From positions 32,798,001 to 32,862,000 of the forward strand of contig OZ024749.1 of assembly GCA_964016885.1 (NCBI GenBank): a stretch of DNA of 64,000 nucleotides. Direction: 5' to 3'. Position numbers and translations under genes: made by a program. Source of the DNA: Eledone cirrhosa. Lineage: Eukaryota. Under the pieces are notes generated by a model, which was given only the letters and a program-made list of their open reading frames with translations, did not search any database and was not told the DNA's origin. Shown here piece by piece: positions 26,690 to 38,600 of this stretch (positions are counted from its first letter, which is position 1; each line of letters begins with the position of its first letter).

Positions 26690-27140
26690 AGTTTTCGAAA
26701 TATTGGAATTATTACATTATTATAAACAATTATCTACAAACGTTTTTTTTTATGAATAAAATTTAATAGAATATATTGGATTATGTTTGTACATCACTCA
26801 CATTTTCTGACATCAATCGTTAATATCCGGTTTAGAATGGGTACATTTTACTCATGAGTATCATACATGCAAAGCATGCTAAACAACAGCCGAGGGAGTG
26901 ATAAGGGCGTTATATTAACATAGGGTGTTTTAAGGGCAATTTTAAACCTGGTGGAGCTCGTCAAATTTCCATGTCTGAATTGAGCAGATTTCTTTCAGAG
27001 AAGGGTACTGAGTGAGAATATGGAAATGAGAAAGAGATATATAAAGATTTACTCATGTGCTTCCCTGGTTCATTTTTATCGACCACAAATTGATGAAAGG
27101 CAAAGGGAACCACTGTGAGATTAGAACCAAAAGGTTCTAT
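26690..27140 (-). repeat. Old diverged partial monomer of the U5 array unit
   Basis: tttagaatgggtacattt, gagggagtgataagggcg and gagcagatttctttcagag match the unit; its SINE part is closer to intact SINE copies. Confidence 0.85.
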
Positions 27141-28359
27141 CGTTATCATTTACCTAAAGTATACTGTATCACTAATACATAATATAAGATATATCCATAT
27201 ATAACTCCAAAGTATATTTATATACATAATTTTCAGTTAACTTCTAAATTTTTTTATTGTTTTTACTTTGAGCTAGAAATAATTAATACATGTACACACG
27301 GTTATATATGGGTATATATTTAGTTTTAATATGCCTCAATCTATTATTTTATTTTAATTTTATTTTCATTATCATTTACCTAAAATATACTGGCTCATTA
27401 ATTAATTAATATATATCTATATACATAACCGTTATTTAAATTTTTATAACAATAAATACTTCAAAGGCTTTATATACCTAATACGTTGACAATAACTAAC
27501 TTCATTAAAGATTACATTTAGGAAAATATTCAACAGAGTAAACTTTCCTTAATAATGGCCAGCTAAACCATTTAAATCTTATCATCAAAAAATTCAGAAG
27601 CTTAGAAATGTTAACACACTTATAAAATTTACAAAACTAATAACCACCAATTTTTAAAAAAACGACTAAAATATTGATTCTTCACCCTAAGATAACATAA
27701 ATTAAATATTTTCAAACTTAACCGTTTAACTTTCGGAAAAAAATCTCCTTCTGCATACATTACCCCCCCCCCCCCCCCTCTCTCTCTCTCTCTCACTGAC
27801 TGTTATAATTCATGAAATGCTTTCCTAGATGTAGTATCATACATATTAAAATCTCGATAACTGGTACATTAAGCAACGTTTTTCTTACTCACACATTCTC
27901 TATTGAATTTATTACTTTTTCGCATTTTCTCATTATTAGGGTATAAATGTTAAATTTTCTCTTAGGTTAATCACTACCTTCATTAAATCTTAACCATTTG
28001 ACATCTAAGGGTATGTCATATATCATTATATTGTGTCTGGTGAGGACGTACTGTTGTACATCCGAAATATGTATAATAAAATGTAATTGATCAAAAGAAC
28101 ATCTATTTTAGTAATATTTATATTCTAATATTAATAACTCCGGAAAATTATTTTACCATAGAGTGCTTCCAATCTACTGTAAAACTCATTCTTTGATATA
28201 CTCATTGAATTTTGTTTAACTCTTCAATAAGCAAAGACATTTAATTTGATGGTTATTCAACAAATTTATTTATAACATATTCGAAGTACTCTACAAGATT
28301 ATTCTGGAGTATAATATCAATGATATTAATAAATGAAACTATCTTCATAAAACCATAGT

Positions 28360-28420
28360 TATTTTATTATATATATTTCAAGGGTACCAAAACTTTGGTA
28401 CACTCTCATCAGATAAAATA
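28360..28420 (-). ncRNA. Minimal type I hammerhead ribozyme motif (Penelope-like repeat)
   Basis: UAUUUUAU-CUGAUGA-stem II (GAGUGUACCAAA/UUUGGUACCCUU)-GAAA-UAUAUA-UA-AUAAAAUA: 8-bp stem I and palindromic stem III. Confidence 0.75.
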
Positions 28421-30121
28421 CAAAAGTTGTTTTATAAATAGTGACATATCCAAAAAACAAGAACTTATCGTTTTAAGTTCAGTTTGGATAGTAAAAGAAA
28501 TTTCAAATCTTAGGATGAATATGTTAATGAGGCTAAACGTACAGTTGAAAAAGATCGTTATATTTAGACGCTAAGTAAATTTAAATAATTATTAGGATAA
28601 TTTTTTTAAGGGAAGAAGAGAGAGAGGTTAATATTAATATTAGGGTGTAAGAAAATTTAAGGAATGAGTATAAGAGAAAAATTATATTATAGTTAGAAAT
28701 ATTCTATTATTATTAAAATATAATTGTATGGATAATATGGCTGGAAGTGGGCGGCCTGTTAATCTTATCTTATATATATAACATTTAAGTTCCAGATTTA
28801 GTAAATTAGTTCAACAATCTGCTTATTATTCTCTCTATGATTACCACTCAGAGAAGTACAAGTAGAAGGAAGTGTAATTCTAAATTAAGCAAGTTTTGGA
28901 TGTAACAATTATGTAAAAGTGCTTTGGTGATGTTGATTGCCTCAATGCTGGTTAAAAGTAACTTGCTTATATAAGTTTAGTGTTTTGGAAATATTGGAAT
29001 TATTGACAAAAGTTTACCTTTAAAAGTAAAGTTTTGAGGATATTTATATAAGATATACAACCACTGATTTGTAATATATAAATAATTGTACACATTTTAT
29101 TCTATAAACAATATAAATTTAGATATTATAAGAAAGAGAATATATTTTTCAATGGTTAGAACATTTAACTAACTAACGTACATTAGTGATGGCCATTAAC
29201 ATTCCATTTTAGTTTAACAATCTGCTTATTATTCTCTCTATGATTACCACTCAGAGAAGTACAAGTAGAAAGAAGTGTAATTCTAAATTAAGCAAGTCTT
29301 GGATGTAACATGTATGTAAAAGTACTTTAATAATGTTGTTTGCCTCAATGCTGCTTAAAAGTAACTTGTTTATACAATTTATATAAGTCCAGTAATAACA
29401 CCATACAACAATTTTATCACAAGTGTTTTGACGGTGGTACTTTTAGAAGTCAATAAAGTACCAGCTCAGTACTGGAGTTGATTCTTTCTTTATATCTCTT
29501 TCTTACTTCCTCTCTATCACTCTTTCACTCTGGAAGAAATTTCCTGTGTTCAGACCTGGATACTCCATCAGATTTTAAAATGGCCAAGAAATGCTATATG
29601 TAACTACAGGTGTTACAGGTCCGTATATACATACAAATCAAGGTCCAATACAGATATTCATGAGTGTTACACATGCAATGCCCGACTCCACATCTTTAAG
29701 CCTGGCGGAGCGCGTCAAATTACCATTTCTGAATGCAGTAGGTTTCTTTCTGAGAAGGGTAAAGAGTGAGATAATCGAATTGAAAAAAGATAGACAGGGG
29801 AGGTTTTACTCCTATGCTTCACTAGTACTTTTTTATCGACTTGAAATGGATAAACACTGTGGAATTAGAGCCAAAACGCATACCTAAAGTATTCTATCTG
29901 ACTTTCTAACATCTCTGCCAATTGGCCAGCTAGACAAATGTTTAGTACGACCCTTTATGTATAATTTCTTTAAATGTATTTTTCATGAGGAAAAGCTTTA
30001 GATATTATGAGACACAGAATATATTTTTCAATGGTTAGAACACTGAACTAACTAACGTACATTTAGTGATTGCCCTTAATGTTGCAGTGAGTGGACGATT
30101 GTAGAGAAGGTAGGAAATAAG

Positions 30122-30215
30122 ATGAGTTTTCAAAAGTAATTCTATAGACTTATTATGTCCCTCCCCACGGAAATCTTTAATAAAAGGCGAAAGATTTATC
30201 CGGTCAGTATGAGTT
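30122..30215 (-). pseudogene. Degenerate U5 pseudogene
   Basis: ccccacggaaatctttaataaaaggcgaaagatttatcc; loop I mutated to GCCUUUUAU; 5' and 3' ends eroded. Confidence 0.88.
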
Positions 30216-30832
30216 AATAAGGCCACTTCTAGAGAATATCTATATATAATATGTTGTGTTAACGAACACTGATTGTAATATATAATTAATGTCTTAGAAT
30301 GGGTACATTTTATCCATGAGTGTTATATATACATTGCATGGTCAGGTAAAACAGTTATGGAGGTTATACTGAGATAGAGGGTTTCTAGGGAATTTTAAAA
30401 CCTGGTGGAGTGTGTCAACTCTCTATATCTGAATATAGCAGATTTGTTTCAGAGAAGGGTAGAGAGTGAGAAAAAATACAGAGGGGAAATTACTTGGTTT
30501 CATTGGTACTTTTTTATCGACCTTGAATGGATGAAAGGTAATGTTGACCAAGGAGGGATTAGAGCCTAAACACATGCCCAAAGTATTCTATACAACATTC
30601 TAATGACTCTACCAATTCGCTGCTAGATAAAAGTTTAGTACAACACCCTAATGTATTTCTTTCATATACATTTTTCGTGGGAGAATGCCATATATATTAT
30701 GAGATAAGGAATATATTTTTAAATGGTTAGAACACTGAAATAGCAAACTTATGTTTACTGATGGCTGTTAAAGTTCCAGTGAGTGGTCCACTGTACAGAA
30801 GGAAAGGAAATTGTCGATTTTAATTTCATTAT

Positions 30833-30950
30833 ATTTTCATCGAAAAATGAGATTTCAAAAATATGTCTATAGACTCATAAATATGTTCCCCGTCTTGGAA
30901 ATCTTTAATGAAAGGCAAAAGATTTATCCACTCATGATGAAGAGAAGCCA
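30833..30950 (-). pseudogene. Degenerate U5 pseudogene
   Basis: ggaaatctttaatgaaaggcaaaagatttatcc...tgaagagaagcca; loop I mutated to GCCUUUCAU; canonical Sm site AUUUUUGA retained. Confidence 0.88.
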
Positions 30951-30984
30951 TTTAGTTTCTGTTAGTCTATTATCCGGTGTTCCT

Positions 30985-31930
30985 TAAGGTAATTAGATGT
31001 AGAAGAATGGCTTATAAAAGCAGTGCGAGCCCTGTACAGAGGAGCTGTAAGTAAAGTCAGAGTGGGAAATGAGTTTAGTGATGAATTCAAGTTACAGGCA
31101 GTTCATAAGGAATTAGTTCTTGGCCCACTGCTGTTAATCTTTGTTCTCCAGGCTATAATAGAGGAGTTTATGACTGCCTGTCCTTGGGAACTTCTCTATG
31201 CTGATGATCTGGTCATTATAGCTGAATCTATATAAGATCTGGAGAATAAGTTCCAACTATGGAAACAGAATCTAGAATGAAAAGGGGTACACATGAGATG
31301 TAGTGGGATAATAGAGAGGGAAAGAAAACTTTCTATGTAGAAGATATTCAGGGTTAATTGATAGTAACAGCAACAATGTTATAATGTTAAATATCCATAG
31401 AAGTGGTTGATAGCTTCTACTTCATAGTTGATTTAATCAGCAGTGGAGGAAGGTGTCCCGAAAGCAAAATAGCTAGAATAAGGATAAGATGGAAGAAGTT
31501 TAGGGAACTACTACTTATGTTGACAACAAAAGGTTTCTCTCTCCGAATGAAAAGCCAGCTGTGTACAAAGTGCTATGCTGCATGGTAGTGGCTGGAGGAT
31601 ATGTGTATGCTGGAGAACAATGAAGCAAGCATGTTTCAATGGATGTGCAGATCTTGGATGAACTAAGAGGAAAACTGGGTACAAGAGAGAAGACTGTGTT
31701 GGTATGGACATATGAAGTGCATGGATGGTAATTGCTGGGTAAAGAAGTGTCAAGAAATCCCAGTGGAAAGGGGCCAAGGAAACCTGGGCAGTGGTGGTGA
31801 GAGCAGATCTCAAATCCCTGAAATTTACAGTGGAGACAACGAAGGAGCACGATGAGAGGAGAGATGCTGTGCGGAAAAGTACTAATCTAACCCATACAAG
31901 GATGTAAAACAATGATGATGATGATGATGA
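30985..31930 (+). mobile_element. Decayed RTE-type LINE reverse transcriptase 3' portion with (ATG)n tail
   Basis: LLYADDLVIIAE RT motif, IARIRIRWKKFRELL, frameshifts, gatgatgat tail. Confidence 0.85.
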
Positions 31931-34104
31931 AAGCATTGCAAAAACCTGCCAAAACAGTCCAAATAAAAACACAAACAAGAATTAATTTATTTCATCTCTT
32001 TTATTTATATCTCATAAATATATAAATAAATATATGTATATTACGTATATATATATACATACACACACGTCATATTTACATCTGAATTTTTCTTTTTCCA
32101 ATATTAGTGTAGGTTGGATAAGCTTACAAATTTAGATATTTTCACTAATGACTGAAGCAGATATTTAGATATTTACAGAAATGACAGGATGTTGCATTTG
32201 GTTTTTATGTGTTTTTTTATTCCCTTAACCTTTTCATGACCATATATTTAATTAAATGTACTGCTTATGATATTGAAATAATTTTGAATTTAATCAAGGA
32301 TTTGGAGGGATTTAGTTAATATAACTAACATTCTCATTGTTAAGTTGGTATCCTTTTATCTTTCCAAAGTCAATAGAATAAAATAGCAGTTATATAAGCT
32401 CACAGGGGAAATGATGGAGGAACACAAGTGGAGAGATGCTATGCTGAAAAAGAACAAAAGACCTGTTCAACCCATACCAGCATAGAAAAGTCAATAACTG
32501 AGTTGTTCCCCTTTTTTTAGCTACCAAACTGATTAAATCAGATCCTAATTATCCTCATCATTTAACATCCATTAAAGAGAGAAAGATGCCATTTAGCTAC
32601 CACTCATTAAATCAGATCCTAATTATCCTCATCATTTAACATCCATTAAAGAGAGAAAGATGCCATTTAGAACAATATGTGGCCTATTATAATTGTGGGA
32701 TATGAGGGTTGACCAGGAAGGAAGGTTGCTCTTCCCCCCAAGTTGTTCAAACAACCCTGAGGCCAGATGTGGTACTTTGTTCTGAAAGGGTGAAAAAGAT
32801 AATCCTGACTGAACTCACATTCCCATGAGAGGAAGAGTACAGCCACGCCTTTGAACAAAAGAGTACAAAGTACCAATAACTTGCACAGGATTGCAGAGAG
32901 AAAGTTTGGCAGGCATGGCTTTTTCTAGTCTAGGTGGACCTCAGAGGATTTCTGGCTAACACGATATGGAGAATGCTCACTGTCATTGGCTACAGATCGT
33001 AGGATGGGGGAGGCAGCAGAAAGAGCCTCTTGGCTTTGGAGCAGGAGAGAGGAGATAAGCAGGAAGCCAGGGGAAGAAGATGAGCAGAGTAGTGATTTGA
33101 CCACCACTGCTGACCCACCAATGAGAGGATGTTATGGTTAAGGGTCAAAACGCCCAATGAACATTGGACTACTCTCTGATGATATCAACGCCACCTGGCC
33201 AAAGGTAAATGAATGTGAGACATATATACATATTTGCAAGCAAGGAAAAGCGGACGTATGATGATGATGATGATATATATATATATATAAACAAATTATC
33301 TGTTAGTATGTAAATTTGAAGAATTATCCAACCTGAGATAGCTTAGAAAAATATAAAATTAAAAAGTTTGAGAAAAATAAAGCTTCCGTTGTTTCTATTT
33401 GATAATGTTTGTTGTTTGATTTAAAAATCTTAATTTTTTCTTTGATTTCTCACTGATAAATTTTGAACATCTGTGTGATCCAGTCTATAATAGGTGCACC
33501 ATATCCCTGCATATCATAAGAAATGTCAAAATGGGTTAGTGCCAAGAAGAGTACCTGGGTGTAAAAGATTGCCTTAAAAAGGACTCCATGATGAGTATTA
33601 AGATTGTCACGTGATCCACAAATCTAACCCTTGATTTTTCAGGAAGAATTGTTCCCTTAAAACGTTTGTATTGTTGCAGGGTTTTGAAATGATGGTTCGG
33701 TCATGTGTTGAGGAAGGATCAAAGTGACTGGGTGAGAAGAATGGTGGAGATAAATGTGGAAGGGGAAGACCAAGAAAGACATGGTTAAATATGATGGCGG
33801 AGGAAATGAAAGGCAGGGAATTGGTGAAGAGGTTGCGGAAGTTAGGAAAAAAATGGAGAAGCTTGTCATGAGGTCCCCGCAAGGCAAACTCCTGCATCAG
33901 AAGGGAAAATGGCTTTAAAAGATTTGTTGGAGCCCAACAAACCTGAAATGCCCTGAACCCTCCCAATGTCTAAATCCAGCCCGGACTAGAGGAGCTTGTC
34001 TGGGGTCCCCACAGGATAACCATGACCTTGGCAGCGAAAATGGCCATAAAAGACTTGTTTTTTTTAATGTAGCCATGGCTTATATAATTGTGTAAAGTTT
34101 GGTG

Positions 34105-34777
34105 TCAGAGGGGAATCCAAGAATCAGGGTAATAGTCATTGTGGTTAAAAGATTTCTCAAGGATACTATTAGGACGTGGGAAACCTTTATAATATAGAAC
34201 ACTACCTTTGTTAAGGTAGCCAGCCCACCATGAAAATGTACCTGAACTCAAAATGGTGTGATTGCAGTTAGCTAGAATAGCAAGGTCAACGTATGAATTT
34301 GTAGAGGTTGAGAAATAAATGTTTTCATCAGATAATTTATTGTGGCACCATTCCATGTCATTACTGCAGATGACAAACACGATGTTACGGTACTTTCTGT
34401 GGAAGTAGTTCATGGCTCGGTAGTAATATGGAAGGGGTGGTGTGGTGTAGCCATGAGTATAGCCTCGGACAAAGTCTCCTCGTCTCACATGAATACCAAC
34501 AATGACTGGTTGGTCGTCTATGGTGCCGTCTTTGCTTGATACTGGATGGTTTCTTTCTGCATCAATTTGTTTCTTACGATGTGCTGCAACTATTTCCTCT
34601 AGAATACTCTTTGCCAAGGATTGGTAATTTTCTTTGAAACGAAACTGGTTCTGGAGAATTTCTGACTTCATGGAGTTAAAGTATTTAAATGACTGGAAGT
34701 ATCCATTCAGAAGGCTGTTTTCTTTGGAAAGTTTGAAAAACTGAGGAAAGAATTTTGCAAACAATTCTTTGTTGTAG
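34105..34777 (-). CDS. Alpha-1,2-fucosyltransferase (GT11 family), last coding exon
   Basis: GT11 motifs VGIHVRRGDF, FVICSNDMEWC, DLAILANCNHTILSSGTFSWWAGYL; acceptor tctccatttttag precedes 34777; phase joins AG+C (Ser); spliced product 322 aa. Confidence 0.95.
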
Positions 34778-34865
34778 CTAAAAATGGAGAGAAACAAAAA
34801 CAAAAGAAAACAATGAAATTTTGTTAGAGAAACAGGAAAATATTTTTTTCTATTATTTTTTATTC

Positions 34866-35140
34866 ATTCAGTCATCATCACTATCATCAATATCACCACC
34901 AGCACCCACCATCATCATTATCATCATCATCACCACCACCACTATGATCATCACCACTACCACTACTATCATCACCACAACCACCATCATATTCATCATC
35001 ACCACGACCACCACCACTATCACTACAACCACCAGCATCATCATCACTACCACTATCATCATCATCACTGCTGTCACCACCACTACCATCATCTTCATCA
35101 TCATCCAATACCCCACCACCATTATCATCATCCAATACCC
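34866..35140. repeat. Imperfect (CAT/CAC)n trinucleotide tract in the fucosyltransferase intron
   Basis: Runs of atc/acc triplets. Confidence 0.95.
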
Positions 35141-35340
35141 ACTTTCCATGATAGCATGAGTTGGATAAGGAGGGATATGGTTTGGAGCTGGATATGTGGG
35201 AACACCTCGTGTCACTCATACCTTCCATTTTAAGCATGGTTTATTTATGGCTGGATACCCTTCTTAATGCCAACCACTTTACAGAGTGTACTGGGTACAT
35301 TTTATCATGACACCAACACTAAATGTTAAATGAAACTCAC

Positions 35341-35636
35341 CTGACATAGGGCCCAAAATCTCTGACATCACCATTATATGCATCGATGTGAAACACTGAT
35401 CTGAGATCAAGCCAGCTGGGAACAAAAGCGGTCATGTTGTTTTTACGAGCAATTCCCAACAACGATGCATATTGGAACATGTGGTTACCTAAACGTCCAG
35501 AAAACTGGATTGATATGCTGATACCCTCTGGTCTTCGTTGAAGCTTACGATGCAAGAGATATTTAAGTCCAATGTAGATTAAAAAGAAGGTGACCACAAA
35601 CAAAATAAACTTCCTCCAGCGAATGTTGGTCGGCAT
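35341..35636 (-). CDS. Alpha-1,2-fucosyltransferase (GT11 family), first coding exon
   Basis: MPTNIRWRK, type II TM helix, GRLGNHMFQYASL GT11 motif; donor CAG|gtgagt at 35341/35340; an upstream acceptor at 35682 implies a 5'UTR intron. Confidence 0.93.
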
Positions 35637-38600
35637 GATAACAACTTGTAAGGGACTAATGTTGGTGATACATTTAGATAACCTAGATAGGATAGGAAAG
35701 GGAGACAGAGATTAGATATATTAGTATATGGAATTTGTGCTAATGTCCATTTTTTTCTGTTAAACCTTTAGCATTTAAACCAGCCGTATCTGGCCAGAAT
35801 ATCAGGTAAAAACACAGAAGAGCCATGATGGCAAGGCTGAAGTGCAGAAACAACCAAACCACCTTACAAGCATCACTTAGCCTGGAACTACAGTAAGGTG
35901 ATACGCTGAAATGGGAAAGAATTGGTGTCACGGGTTTAAGACAAGCCTACTACAAGGGGTCCTCAGTGGAAGCAGACTGTAGTTAACAATATTTATTTAT
36001 TACACTTACAATCAACAAAGCAAATGGTTGATCAATAACAATAAAAATGTGTCAGAAAGAAAAGATATGCACACTCCCCTCAATTACACACTACATACAA
36101 CACCGGACTACTTAGTATTTCGCTCCGAGAACACTATCCCCTACTTCTAGAAGGAGGAGGAGACTTTTTTGTGACAATCCCCAAAATACGGCGTTACTGC
36201 AGGTGATAGTGAGGCCGAGGCGCTGGAGCAGCCAAAAGCCCTCACTAACATCACCTGGAATTGCAGTAAGACGAGACACCAACGCTGAATTACTCAGCAA
36301 CCTTAAACGTCTTGAATGCCACGTATGAACAGCAACGAGAACATGTATGAATATTGTTTCCTTATATCACGATAAACCAACATAGTCTATAAATCTGTCT
36401 GCTAGAAATAACAGTCAAATTTCCTTCAAATGAAAACCCCGTCCTAACCCTTTCCATACCAAACCATCCCTGGTTATACACTACAAAGCTGTTTATTTTA
36501 AAGTGTGTGTATTTATCTAAAAACCTTCCATCACAATTTTATGTAAGAACTTATTTTAGGTTGTTTCAAACAAAAAGAAAATTGGTTATTTTAAAATCCC
36601 TCCAAATTCTTGGACATTTTCAAAATTATTTGAAAACAATAAGCAGCGTCTTTCGTTATAAATATGGTAACTCTAAAGATTAATCAAAGAATGCTACATT
36701 TGATGATGTAGTCATAGATACTCCTAAAAATATAGAGAGGGTGGTCATATCTGGATTGACATTGATCATAGGTCTGCTGGATCAGGAATAAACGTCGGCT
36801 AAACAACAACACGATCAGATATGTTAAATCCTTTCCTTACCTCGGTAAACAAACGTCTCCCTTGAACACGATCAAGTGAAGATCGGATAAGTTGCATCAG
36901 TATTTCAGAGGATTCATTCAATATGTAATCTTTAAACTATATGATATTTTAAGGGTCACAAAATTACATCTCTGTGAGTCCCTCTATTACATGTTTTCTT
37001 GTGATAGTGCCTGAGAATATTCCTAAATATAAGAGAGGGAAGACCCTCATCAATGTCGAGGGAAGCACAAACATACTTGCAAGATAATAACAATCGTTTG
37101 AAGGAGGAAGCTGACGCAAATTTTTCTTCTAGAAGAACCCAAATTTGTGCGCTGAATTGCGTCCTAAAAAGTGAAGAAGGTCCCACATGGAACAAAGAAA
37201 TCGATGAAGTTAGGAGTCAGTGGAACGATGCCCGTTGATTCTCATGTGATCAAATTCATTAAAGGAATTTGTGAATCGTCTGATTAAATCGCCGACAGTA
37301 TAAATGTAAACCTTCTACATATCTGAGTTCAAATCTCTCTGTGGTTGGCTAAAACATCGATAAAATAAAAAGCAAATATAATAGAGATCGATTCAATCGA
37401 ATATAAAACAATTTAGTCACAGAAGAGAAATGTTTTCAGGTATCACCGTAAATAACTGAAACGGTGTCATTGGAACAAAACCTCTAGTGTATAAATCAAC
37501 TCTAATGCGTGGCATCTTCTGACCTGGTGAAATTGTTTAGTGTGGAACTTGATAATAAGGTTAATTCAGCGTAATAGTACATACAATTGGTTACTTTCGT
37601 GGCCTTACAAATATTTGTAAATTTCCAATAAATTTGAAAGAGTCTATTTGAAGTATAGTTTAGAATCAACGTTGCTAAATTAAACTAAGAATAATGGAAA
37701 TAACTGGAGACAAAGAATTTATTTAAGGAATCTCAAAAAACTTGAAACATTAATAATAAATCTTCTTCTTCTTCTTCTTCTTTGGATGGTCATGTGGAGG
37801 CAGAGTCCTCAATCATACCTTCCAGCTGGTCCTGTCAGAAGCAATTGATCTAGCTGGATTCCCATGTTAATCAACTATCTTGCTCGGTGTTTACCCGAGT
37901 GTCCTACCAGTTGGTCTTGCCTGTAAAATCTTTGAAGCAATTATTTCCTTAAACATTCTAACCACATGACCATAGTGTCAGAGCTGTGATCTCTCAATTC
38001 AGAGAAGTAGCGGCTCTACTTTGGAGCTACACACTTTATCAAGGAACTTTACTCCATTTTGACCACTTGTATTCGTGATCATATTCGTTCGGTCATGACC
38101 ACGGGTAAGGGTTGGTATGAATACAAAATTGAAGATGGCAAGTTTGGCTTTTACACATCTCTATAGAGGACCCATTACTAGAAGATAAGTCTAATAAAGC
38201 CTCGCCATTTGTATTTAGATCCAGATTGCCATTCCTTCCAATTACTTTGTAGTGATGGTAATGGTGGTTGTAATGGTGATGATAATGAGGATGTTTTGTA
38301 ATTGCTAAACATACAAAACAAATACATATGGTATTTAAATATCGTAATAATAGTTAATGGTGGGTCACACAAATTATATTCAATTGTCCTTATTTTTTCT
38401 TTCTTATTTTTTAATGGTTTTTTTTTTCCATAATGAAAAATAATCAAAAATGTTTATCAACCAAACTAGATGTGATTTAGTGTAAATAAGTCAATAAGAG
38501 AAACAAAAGCAACTTGATTATCTAAATTCCTTTCTCCTGGCAAAATTATTTTCTTTTCACTTCAAAAGGTCAGTAGAATATAGTGTGCCTGTAAGTGGAG

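Larger units (their letters stand above)
1..26690 (-). repeat. Tandem array of ~865/880-bp U5 snRNA gene units (31 units in window, open at left edge)
   Basis: Landmark ccagagtag recurs at 741, 1621, 2501, 3365, 4230 ... 25850 with spacings of 864-880 bp; a 15-bp indel gives two length classes; two shorter deleted units at ~16.5-17.2 kb and ~26.0-26.7 kb. Confidence 0.98.
29680..30960 (-). repeat. Two highly diverged U5-array monomers
   Basis: Unit landmarks in the same order (catgaggaaaagctttagatattatgag, ttagaacactgaact, gacgattgtagagaaggtaggaaataag, ttagaatgggtacattt). Confidence 0.88.

Noticed and set aside
1-26690. CRISPR array, rDNA/5S array or plain satellite
   Set aside because: No repeat-spacer alternation, cas genes or rRNA motifs; the conserved cargo is U5
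34778-34803. N-terminus MFLFLSIFS of the 232-aa ORF
   Set aside because: This is the intron polypyrimidine tract; the exon starts at 34777
34821-35237. Poly-I/T, poly-M/V and D/G-rich ORFs
   Set aside because: Translations of an intronic trinucleotide repeat
36956-37238. Short overlapping ORFs upstream of the fucosyltransferase
   Set aside because: No recognisable motifs or supporting splice structure; more likely 5'UTR or promoter sequence
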